32,000 nt of DNA from Dickeya dadantii NCPPB 898 (GCF_000406145.1 NZ_CM001976.1:1147263-1179262), one strand, 5' to 3'. Shown: positions 23,064 through 30,684, numbered from the stretch's first letter. The notes: a model not told the origin generated them from the sequence alone. Numbers and translations: made by a program.

Positions 23064-24266
23064 ATGAATCGTCGACACTTTCTTAAGGTCGCTGCCGGCA
23101 GTGCCATCACCACGATGGCTTTTAATGCTATTGCTCAAACGCAAGGCGGCAGTAGTTCTTCTGCAACAGTTGCAACAGTCATTCCATCATCGCTAAAAGA
23201 GCGTGGATCTATTTTGCCAACCCGGGGAAACATTGTTCGTTCTACTCTACCGCTGAATCAGGCGATACCTGGCATGCGTTACCGTACGCCGTATCGCTTT
23301 GGCATGGGAGGAACACAAATCGGTAATATTTTTGCCGCTATCAGCGATGAACAGGCGCATAACGTACTGGAAGCCGCCTGGGCGTCGGGGGTGCGTTATT
23401 TCGATACGTCGCCGTTTTATGGCTACGGATTGAGTGAATACCGTCTTGGGCGATTTTTGCGTGGCAAACAGCCAGATGAGTACATCGTTTCCACTAAAGT
23501 CGGCCGGGTGCTAAGACCAACGACCCAACCTGTGGCTAACGCCGCGTTGTGGGCATCTCCCGCGCCATTCAGTTATGAGTACGATTTCTCTGCTGCCGGT
23601 ACGCGTCGTTCGGTTGAAGACAGTCTGCAACGGCTGGGTATACCCCAAATTGATATCGTCTATATCCACGATCTTTCACCGGATAACACCGAGTTACCGC
23701 TCCCCTGGCAGACGCATTTTACGCAGGCGGCTAAAGGCGCGATGGTGGAGCTGTCACGTATGCGGGATGAAGGGTTGATCCGTGGCTGGGGGTTTGGCAT
23801 CAATACGCCTAATGCCGCGGTGCTGGCGGCCGAATCCGACGTGCCGACACCGGATATCGTGCTGCTGGCCTGCCAGTATTCGCTGCTGGACCATGCAGAC
23901 ACACTGAATAAAACCTTCCCGGTGCTACAAAAGAAAGGTATTTCCGTTGTGGTCGGCACCCCGCTGAATGACGGTTTTCTGGGTGGGCGTAGCCGTTACC
24001 ATTTCAGCGATAAGATTCCGCCGGGTGCAGTCGAAAAACGTGCGCAACTGGCGACGATCGCCGATCGGTTTGGCGTTGATATTCGTACCGCAGCGCTGCA
24101 GTTTGCTGCCGCTCCCACTATCGTTTCAGCCGTGATCCCAGGGGCTCGCGTACCGGGGCAGGTACGGGCTAATGCGGATTCTATGAAGGTGGCGATTCCT
24201 CCTGCATTTTGGGAAACATTACGCCGTGAAGGACTGATTGCACCCAATGCTCCGGTACCGGCCTGA
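23064..24266 (+). CDS. Aldo/keto reductase with an N-terminal twin-arginine (Tat) signal
   Basis: AGGAGA SD 6 nt upstream. The N-terminus MNRRHFLKVAAGSAITTMAFNAIAQ matches RRxFLK plus an h-region plus an AxA-like site. A ~45-aa Ser/Thr-rich linker follows, then an AKR core (FDTSPFYGYG, STKVG, YIHD) resembling aldose/pyridoxal dehydrogenase-type AKRs. Confidence 0.8.
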   Translation: MNRRHFLKVAAGSAITTMAFNAIAQTQGGSSSSATVATVIPSSLKERGSILPTRGNIVRSTLPLNQAIPGMRYRTPYRFGMGGTQIGNIFAAISDEQAHNVLEAAWASGVRYFDTSPFYGYGLSEYRLGRFLRGKQPDEYIVSTKVGRVLRPTTQPVANAALWASPAPFSYEYDFSAAGTRRSVEDSLQRLGIPQIDIVYIHDLSPDNTELPLPWQTHFTQAAKGAMVELSRMRDEGLIRGWGFGINTPNAAVLAAESDVPTPDIVLLACQYSLLDHADTLNKTFPVLQKKGISVVVGTPLNDGFLGGRSRYHFSDKIPPGAVEKRAQLATIADRFGVDIRTAALQFAAAPTIVSAVIPGARVPGQVRANADSMKVAIPPAFWETLRREGLIAPNAPVPA

Positions 24267-24368
24267 TTTAAGATGGCGCAAGCTTGCGCGGCTTGTTTGC
24301 GCCTGTTTGTTGCAGGTGAGTGGACTGTGCGGCCTGCCCGTTTCTTTTGATTTACCGGGAGTAGGATA

Positions 24369-24872
24369 ATGATAAAAAAGTTTGCGGTACTGGCGTTATG
24401 CCTGACAGGCGTTTCCCCGGTATTGTCTCTGGCCGCTAGTTCCTCGTTGGGGAATGGTGCTGAAGTCGTCAGGCCGGTGAGCCAACGTGATGTGATACAG
24501 GAAGAGAAAAACCGGGCGCTGGTCGTTGAATTCTATACCGAAGTGCTCAGCAACCGACGCGTCGATTTGGCTGATAAGTACCTGAGTGCGGATTACATTC
24601 AGCATAATCCGTATGCCGCTACCGGGCGGGACGCCTTTGTGGCCTTCTTCCGTGAGCTGTTTAGCCGCTATCCTCAATCCGAACACCGCATTATCCGCAC
24701 CGCTACCGACGGCGATCTGGTTTATCTGCATGTATTTGCAAGAAATGATCTTACCGATCGGGGCCGTGCGGTGATGGATATCTTGCGTGTTGATAACGGC
24801 AAAATCGTGGAACACTGGGATGTGGTACAACCGATACCTGAAACGAGCGCCAATACCAACGGGATGTTTTGA
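24369..24872 (+). CDS. Secreted SnoaL-like / NTF2-fold protein (COG4922-like)
   Basis: GGAGTAGGA SD. Sec-type signal MIKKFAVLALCLTGVSPVLSLAASS. The mature part (NRALVVEFY..YIQHNP..GKIVEHWDVVQPIPETSANTNGMF) looks like the SnoaL-like aldol-condensation family. Confidence 0.75.
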   Translation: MIKKFAVLALCLTGVSPVLSLAASSSLGNGAEVVRPVSQRDVIQEEKNRALVVEFYTEVLSNRRVDLADKYLSADYIQHNPYAATGRDAFVAFFRELFSRYPQSEHRIIRTATDGDLVYLHVFARNDLTDRGRAVMDILRVDNGKIVEHWDVVQPIPETSANTNGMF

Positions 24873-24873
24873 T

Positions 24874-24901
24874 ACGGCTTGCTCCGGTTTGGGCAAGCCG
24901 T
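24874..24901. terminator. Hairpin between the convergent SnoaL-like gene and yajR
   Basis: 9-bp stem ACGGCTTGC/GCAAGCCGT with a 10-nt loop. No U-runs on either side. Confidence 0.35.
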
Positions 24902-24907
24902 CGAACC

Positions 24908-26272
24908 CTATTGACTGACCAACTGCTCCAACTGCTGCCGGCTGGTCTTCTTGCGATCGATTTTCACGTAGGCGCTGAATTCATCCGGCACAATCACCAC
25001 ATCCGCCACGCCCGGATGCTGTTGCAGCTTATCGGACAGCGCATTATCCCGCAGCGCTTCATCCGGCAGGGTGATGCGCAGACTGCTCAGATAAGGCGGC
25101 TCCTGCATGGTGAAGCTGACCAGTAGCCAGACCAACCCCAGCAGCGCACCCGCGCTGAACACCAGCGATGCGCCATGCAGGTCGTACAGCGCGCCGCCGA
25201 GGCTGCCGCCAATCGCCACCCCGATAAACTGGGTGGTGGAATAGACCCCCATCGCGGTGCCTTTGTAACCGGCAGGCGACTCCTTGCTGATCAGGGATGG
25301 CAGTAGCGCTTCCATCACGTTGAATCCCAGGAAGAACAGCTGAATACCGATGAGTATCGGCCACAAGGCATGATTGCCTGCCTGTAGCAATACCAGCTCC
25401 GCCGCAATCAGAATCATAACGCAGGCAATAAATACCTGCTTCATCCGCCGTTTGACCTCGGCATAGATGACGAACGGCACGACGGCGGCGAACGACACCA
25501 GCATCGTCACCAGATAAACTTTCCAATGGTGTTGCGGCGCCAGGCCGGCCTGTTCCATCACTCGCGGTAATGCCACAAAGCTCGACATCAGCAGGATGTG
25601 CAGGCACATGATGCCGAAGTTGAGTTTCAGCAGCCGGCTGTTGGCCAGCACTTTGCTGACGCCGCCGCGAACGATGGCGGACTCGCGATTCAACACATGG
25701 GATGACGACGAGGGGATGACGGCCAGGGTAATAACGATAGCCAGCAGCGCCAGCAACGCGATCCCCCAGAACAGCACATTCAGACCTAACGCGTGGGTGA
25801 CAATCGGGCCGACCACCATAGCGATAGCAAAGGTAATGCCGAAACTGACGCCGATGAACGCCATCGCTTTGGTACGGTTTTGCTCACGGGTTAAATCCGA
25901 CAGCAGCGCCATGACCGCAGCGGATATCGCGCCGGAGCCCTGCAGCGCACGACCGAGAATAATGCCCCAGATCGAGTCGCTGAGCGCGGCGATGGCGCTA
26001 CCCAGCACAAATATCAGCAGGCCGCCGACAATCAGCGGCTTACGTCCAATGCGGTCGGACATCAATCCGAATGGGATTTGGAAGATCGCCTGCATCAGGC
26101 CATAAATACCTATCGCAACGCCAATCAGCGATTCGCTGGCACCCTGCAGGGCCATGCCGTATGTGGTCAGCACCGGAAGCACCATAAACATGCCCAGCAT
26201 GCGAAGTGAAAAAACCAGACCCAGTCCCCATGTCGCCCTCTGCTCAACAGGGGTCATGCGATTATCGTTCAT
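24908..26272 (-). CDS. yajR: MFS transporter YajR
   Basis: Collinear with E. coli YajR, including the MFS motif GLMSDRIGRKP and the extra ~65-aa C-terminal soluble domain. Start chosen at MNDNRMTP (ATG 26272, GAGG upstream) rather than ATG 26287. Confidence 0.92.
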   Translation of the reverse strand: MNDNRMTPVEQRATWGLGLVFSLRMLGMFMVLPVLTTYGMALQGASESLIGVAIGIYGLMQAIFQIPFGLMSDRIGRKPLIVGGLLIFVLGSAIAALSDSIWGIILGRALQGSGAISAAVMALLSDLTREQNRTKAMAFIGVSFGITFAIAMVVGPIVTHALGLNVLFWGIALLALLAIVITLAVIPSSSSHVLNRESAIVRGGVSKVLANSRLLKLNFGIMCLHILLMSSFVALPRVMEQAGLAPQHHWKVYLVTMLVSFAAVVPFVIYAEVKRRMKQVFIACVMILIAAELVLLQAGNHALWPILIGIQLFFLGFNVMEALLPSLISKESPAGYKGTAMGVYSTTQFIGVAIGGSLGGALYDLHGASLVFSAGALLGLVWLLVSFTMQEPPYLSSLRITLPDEALRDNALSDKLQQHPGVADVVIVPDEFSAYVKIDRKKTSRQQLEQLVSQ

Positions 26273-26299
26273 TGCTACCTCTGACATTTCGTTAGCGCT

Positions 26300-26328
26300 A
26301 TTTTAGTGTCCGGGCACACAAGCGTAAA
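26300..26328 (-). promoter_or_regulatory. Candidate sigma70 promoter of yajR
   Basis: Minus strand reads TTTACG (26328-26323), a 17-bp spacer, then TAAAAT (26305-26300), about 30 nt upstream of the ATG. Confidence 0.4.
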
Positions 26329-26633
26329 CGACAGGTTTGTTTCTGTATTTGGCAAAACAGGGGAGGGGGATAAAAAATGTTCGCTATCAGGTTCGTTGTA
26401 CGGCCGGTAGTGGTGATAGATATAAAATAACGCAATGAATTAGGCAGAGTTTTAACCTTTGCGCGGCGTCGGCGTTTTATGTGAAGGGAGCCACAGCGGA
26501 GCATCGCGGTGGCAAGCAGGAGGGCACAGGTTAGTTCATGCTAACTCACTGTTTGCCCTCCATCATATGGCGTGTGTTTTCTCCGGCCCCCAAAAGCGAA
26601 AGCGCGAGATCCGGATACTCTGCTAAAGCAACG

Positions 26634-27284
26634 TTAGGACAGCGTGCGAAGGACATTGTCGATGTCAGACCGCCATTCTTCTGCGGAGACCGCTTTGAAC
26701 GGCACGGCACCAACCGAGGCGCTTGAAATAATTACCATGGGGTCGAGATCGCGTGTGGGGTCGAGGTCGCGTAGTAGCATAAGGCTGCTCTTGAGGTCCG
26801 ATTTCGATCCGCCTTCATACCAATTGGTACGCGTCTCCCAAATTCCGTGATTCATATACAGAGTGTCTCCGGTAAAGAGGTATGTCTGCCCATGAACTGA
26901 CCGAACCAGAAAACACACGCTGCCTTTGGTGTGACCGGGTGTTGGTATTACCTCAATGTTGCCCTGAAGGGTTTCCCTGTCATCGAATAGGTAATCAACC
27001 GGCGTTACCTTTCTGGCGACCGGTTCTTCCAGCCGGTGGCAACAGAGTTTCGAGCCAAAAAGCGTCTTGATCTCGGCGAGCGCGCCGCCTACCTCGTCCC
27101 GGTGGCTCAAAAACTGATAGGCTATCCCGCCCAGTTCTTGAATGTGTTGATACTCCTCCCGCGAGCCGGAGTTGTAAAAGAGGATGTTGCCGGTGTCTTG
27201 TACCAGCAGGTAGGCGTGGGAGTTTACGCCCGAAAATGGGTGCTCTACACGGGTTTGCCAGAGATCGGGATAAATCTGTTTCAT
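26634..27284 (-). CDS. MBL-fold metallo-hydrolase family protein (atypical His motif)
   Basis: 216 aa with strong AAGGAGG SD. Carries the MBL-like motifs PTPGHTKGS and FTGDTLY. The position of HxHxDH reads LSHRDEVGG. Confidence 0.75.
   Translation of the reverse strand: MKQIYPDLWQTRVEHPFSGVNSHAYLLVQDTGNILFYNSGSREEYQHIQELGGIAYQFLSHRDEVGGALAEIKTLFGSKLCCHRLEEPVARKVTPVDYLFDDRETLQGNIEVIPTPGHTKGSVCFLVRSVHGQTYLFTGDTLYMNHGIWETRTNWYEGGSKSDLKSSLMLLRDLDPTRDLDPMVIISSASVGAVPFKAVSAEEWRSDIDNVLRTLS
26739..26774 (-). repeat. In-frame 18-bp tandem duplication inside the MBL-fold gene
   Basis: GGGGTCGAGATCGCGTGT / GGGGTCGAGGTCGCGTAG (15/18 identical) encodes (L)RDLDP-(T)RDLDP. Confidence 0.85.
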
Positions 27285-27357
27285 GTTTGCCTCCTTAGAG
27301 CTTTTACTGCCTGTTTAGCAGATTGCATTCCAGGACACATTACCTGTTCAGTCGACG

Positions 27358-28272
27358 CTAGGTGCGGGAAGACTCAGGAGTCTGGAAGTACATGTCTCCT
27401 TCGAGGTCGGAAAGCAGCGAAGGCATAATCGGGTTCCAGCCGAGCCTTTCCCGCGTCAGGCTGTTCGACGCGTCCAGGTCAAATGAAACAAAATGCGAGA
27501 ACCATCCGAAGTGCGCTTCAGCTTCTGCCGGGGACTTCGAAACGATGGGCACGCCTAACCCACGACCGATAGCAATGGCGATGTCCCTGAACGGAATGCG
27601 TTCCTCGTCGACGGCATGATAGCGAGCGCCCGACGTACCTCGTTCCAGTGCGAGACGATACAACATGGCGGCATCAAGACGATGCACGGCTGGCCAGCAA
27701 TTTTGGCCATCTCCAATGTAGGCTGAAACCCCCGTTCTGCGTGCAATGTCGATCAGTAAAGGTACGAACGCGTGGTCGCCTTCGCCGTGAACGGATGAGG
27801 CGAGCCGGACGATTGAGGTATGTACGCCCTTTGCGATTATCTTGTCGGCAGCGTCTTCCGTTGCTGCGCGGGGATTCGCGGCAGACCCCATCGCGGGCAT
27901 GGAGTCCTCGGTGGTTCTTTGGCTCTTGGGAAGAATGCCAATGGCTGATGTAATCACAAGCCGGCGCGTAGACCCTTCCACAACGGATCCTAGCGCCTCG
28001 ATCAGGCGGCGATCAGTTTCGCAGTTGGCCTGAAATTTGGAAAAATCATTGTCAAAGGCGGTATGGATAATGCCGTCACAGACCGCTGCCCCAGCGAGGA
28101 CGCTATCGAGATCCTGAATATCGCCACGATGAGCCGACCCGCCGATGGCCCGTAAATCATCGGCGGACTTGTCCGAGTGGACAAGTCCGAGAACCTGGTA
28201 TCCGTTAGCGATCAGTTCGCGGACAACCGCAGAGCCGACGAATCCGCTGGCTCCAGTAACAAAAATTCGCAT
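27358..28272 (-). CDS. NAD(P)-binding atypical SDR / NmrA-like oxidoreductase
   Basis: 304 aa with MRIFVTGASGFVGSAVVREL Rossmann motif. Overall resembles the SDR family oxidoreductases commonly paired with AraC or LysR regulators. Confidence 0.8.
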   Translation of the reverse strand: MRIFVTGASGFVGSAVVRELIANGYQVLGLVHSDKSADDLRAIGGSAHRGDIQDLDSVLAGAAVCDGIIHTAFDNDFSKFQANCETDRRLIEALGSVVEGSTRRLVITSAIGILPKSQRTTEDSMPAMGSAANPRAATEDAADKIIAKGVHTSIVRLASSVHGEGDHAFVPLLIDIARRTGVSAYIGDGQNCWPAVHRLDAAMLYRLALERGTSGARYHAVDEERIPFRDIAIAIGRGLGVPIVSKSPAEAEAHFGWFSHFVSFDLDASNSLTRERLGWNPIMPSLLSDLEGDMYFQTPESSRT

Positions 28273-28325
28273 GGTCGAGCCCCTTTTTCATTTCCTGGTG
28301 GAGAACACGGGTGAAAATAACGGCT

Positions 28326-28345
28326 GATGATTGCGGGTGATTGCG
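28326..28345 (-). promoter_or_regulatory. 10-bp tandem direct repeat G(A/G)TGATTGCG x2 upstream of the SDR gene
   Basis: Lies 54-73 nt upstream of the SDR ATG, just upstream of a possible -10 (TATTTT on minus). A direct-repeat operator for the neighbouring AraC-type regulator is an inference only. Confidence 0.3.
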
Positions 28346-28518
28346 TTCCTCAATCTCAAGCTGTTGGGGCATTCTATTGAACCCGTTCTGTACGATCTAT
28401 ACCGGAAAATCCAAATATCTTTCGCTATCGTCCAGATTTGGGGGCGGCTTTTTTGGCAAAATGCTACCCTGAATTAAGAGGGAGGGATATGGCGTTCTTG
28501 GGGTTTCATCCGAACGTA

Positions 28519-28578
28519 AGTGCTAAGGCAACTAGTACTAAGGCAAGTAGTGCTAAGGCAAGTAGTGCTAAGGCAAGT
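28519..28578. repeat. Tandem repeat, 4 x 15 bp (AGTGCTAAGGCAAGT)
   Basis: Units at 28519-33 (AGTGCTAAGGCAACT), 28534-48 (AGTACTAAGGCAAGT), 28549-63 and 28564-78 (both consensus). The array abuts the TAA stop (28580-28578) of the AraC-family gene. Confidence 0.9.
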
Positions 28579-29489
28579 TATGCTCGCGGTTTAACCGAGT
28601 GGCTATATTGCCTTGGCGAGCGCCCTATAATTCGCTTGAACGCGGTGCTGAACGCGCTTTCCGATTCATACCCAAGCGAAAAGGCGATGGTGGAAATCGG
28701 ATCGTCTGAGTTCATTAGTCGATCGCTGGCGAGCAACATACGCCATCGCGTCAGATAATCGATTGGGGACGTACCGACAGTTTCTTTAAAACGTTGTGCG
28801 AATGAGGATCGTGACATTCCCGTCAGTTTGCCCAGTTCCTGAACCGTCCAGTTCAGTGCCGGTTTTTCATGCATGGCGGCGATTGCCGCCCCAACGTTTT
28901 TGTCGGCTAACGCTGATAGCAGCCCGACGCCGCGGCAATCCAGATGCAGCCTGAGCGCTTGCACCAGGATCATGTGCGCCAAATGCTGCAAGATGAGGAC
29001 GCTGCCGGGCTGCGGTGCTCGCAGTTCCTGCATCATCCGTTCGACCAGCCACCGCAGTGTCGTTTGATCCGAGGTACTACGGATGTGGACGATGTGGGGC
29101 AAAAGCTTCAACAGCATGTCGGCATGCAGTTCGGAAACGGAGAAACGGCTACTGACGATAAATACGTCGCCACCGCCGTTCCAGCTAACTATGCCGCCGC
29201 TTTCCGCTCCCGTGAACACCTCTGCCGCTTGCACCGGCTGAACACCCATTTGGCTGGCAAGGTGAAATGGCTCTCCTCGTGGAAGAACAAAACAGTCGCC
29301 GCTTTCGAGTTGAAGCGGCTCGTCAACCCCTTCCACCGCTAGCCAGCAGCGACCCGTGACTATCGCACCACTCTTGATGGTTCCCGTTTGGTCGGGGAAT
29401 TGAATCGCCCAGTCGCCGCCGCCGTCGAATCCGGTAGACATGTAATTCACTGGCTTCAATAAAGCTAAAACATCGGAAAGAGGATCCAT
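28578..29489 (-). CDS. AraC family transcriptional regulator (cupin-type N-terminal domain)
   Basis: 303 aa. N-terminus MDPLSDVLALLKP...GGDWAIQFP is typical of cupin-AraC regulators. C-terminal double HTH (ELGKLTGMSRSSFAQRFKETVGTSPIDYLTRWRM...IAFSLGYESESAFSTAFKRIIGRSPRQY). Confidence 0.88.
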   Translation of the reverse strand: MDPLSDVLALLKPVNYMSTGFDGGGDWAIQFPDQTGTIKSGAIVTGRCWLAVEGVDEPLQLESGDCFVLPRGEPFHLASQMGVQPVQAAEVFTGAESGGIVSWNGGGDVFIVSSRFSVSELHADMLLKLLPHIVHIRSTSDQTTLRWLVERMMQELRAPQPGSVLILQHLAHMILVQALRLHLDCRGVGLLSALADKNVGAAIAAMHEKPALNWTVQELGKLTGMSRSSFAQRFKETVGTSPIDYLTRWRMLLASDRLMNSDDPISTIAFSLGYESESAFSTAFKRIIGRSPRQYSHSVKPRA

Positions 29490-29725
29490 CAGCGCTCGCG
29501 GACGATTGGCAAATAAAAGTGGGTTTTTATCCTAAAGCGTCCGGCGTTTGGGGACCAGATTTTTCAGCGTTTCCCGACTTACTCGATACTCAGCGAGGCT
29601 TGCTGGGGGAGGGGAGAGCGGACGTGTGAATGTGATTTTGGTCAGGCTGATGCTTGGAAAAACTCGCAGTGGTGTGGCTGGTCTTGGCGTAGATTAGCCA
29701 AATTCGGCGCCGTTCATCGCATGAA

Positions 29726-29754
29726 ATAAAAAACAGACGGGCAAGCCCGTCTGT
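29726..29754 (-). terminator. Rho-independent terminator of the cyo operon
   Basis: Stem ACAGACGGG/CCCGTCTGT, loop CAAG, followed on the minus strand by a T-run (TTTTTTATTT). Confidence 0.85.
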
Positions 29755-29777
29755 CTGTAAGCGTGTGCTGATGAATA

Positions 29778-30671
29778 TCAGTGCAGGTAAGTCAGCAGGG
29801 TTTCCTGCATCGGCGCCATTGAATCCACCGACATCATGACGCTCAGGGACGTGATGGCCACGATGGAAAACACGAACAGCTTTCTTGCCCACACGCGATC
29901 GTCGTTCGGGTTTTTGTAGCCGGACAACGCCATGCCGAGCCACCAGACGCTGACCGCCGCCGCCACCACCAGGTATTTGTACCCGGCGTAACCGCCCAGC
30001 GACAGCATCAGCGTCGCAATCATAAACGCCAGGATATACAGCGTAATATGATGCTTCGCCACTGAGATGCCTTTGACGACCGGCAGTACCGGAATATTGG
30101 CGGCCTGATAATCCTTAAAGCGGAAAATGGCGATGGCATAGGAGTGCGGCATTTGCCACAGGCTGAAAATCAGCAGCAGAATCAGCGCACCGGCGTCAAA
30201 CTGGTTGCTGACGGCGCAATAGCCGATTACCGGCGGCGCGGCGCCTGACAGACTGCCAATCAACGTGCCGTAGACCGAATGGCGTTTCATGTACAGGCTG
30301 TAAACGCCGACATAGACCACAAACCCCATCACCGCCAGCCACATGGCCAGCGGATTTGCCGCGAGGTACAGTAACGTAAAGCCGGCAATACCCAACAGCG
30401 AAGCGTAAATCAGCGTGTTTTTCAGCGGAATCAGCCCCTTCACCAGAACCCGATTCTTGGTCCTCTCCATTTTTTTGTCGATATCGCGATCGATAACGTT
30501 GTTAAAGACGCAACCCGATGCAACGACCAGCGACACCCCGATCAGGGTCGCGACAAATAGCGGATAGTTGATGGTGCCTTTGGCCGCCAGCAAGAATCCA
30601 CCGATAACGGAAATCAGGTTGCCAAAAATAATGCCCGGTTTGGTGACCTGCAGGTATTGCTTAATCATCAT
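29778..30671 (-). CDS. cyoE: Protoheme IX farnesyltransferase (heme O synthase)
   Basis: 297 aa starting [20 protein letters not shown]. Collinear with E. coli CyoE. Confidence 0.96.
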   Translation of the reverse strand: MMIKQYLQVTKPGIIFGNLISVIGGFLLAAKGTINYPLFVATLIGVSLVVASGCVFNNVIDRDIDKKMERTKNRVLVKGLIPLKNTLIYASLLGIAGFTLLYLAANPLAMWLAVMGFVVYVGVYSLYMKRHSVYGTLIGSLSGAAPPVIGYCAVSNQFDAGALILLLIFSLWQMPHSYAIAIFRFKDYQAANIPVLPVVKGISVAKHHITLYILAFMIATLMLSLGGYAGYKYLVVAAAVSVWWLGMALSGYKNPNDDRVWARKLFVFSIVAITSLSVMMSVDSMAPMQETLLTYLH

Positions 30672-30684
30672 GTAAAAGGCTCGG

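Noticed and set aside
26298-26504. 68-aa minus-strand ORF in the yajR upstream spacer, the 117-aa minus-strand ORF at 29590-29943, and a 23-codon GTG ORF at 29626-29697 preceded by GGGGAGAG.
   Set aside because: None has a convincing start context or homology. The first overlaps the predicted yajR promoter. The second runs through the cyo terminator into the cyoE 3' end. The third is short with no supporting signal beyond a G-rich tract.
28519-28578. Whether the short tandem array is a CRISPR array.
   Set aside because: The units are contiguous with no spacers, only 15 bp long, and no cas genes are present. It is a simple tandem repeat.
26360-29614. GGGGAGGGG occurs in the same orientation near both ends of the MBL-SDR-AraC islet (26360-26368 and 29606-29614). 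This could be a target-site duplication or att-like repeat.
   Set aside because: It is a 9-nt low-complexity G-run, and chance co-occurrence in two ~100-bp windows is not negligible. No flanking similarity extends the match, and no recombinase is present. A comparison with an empty site in a related genome would be needed.
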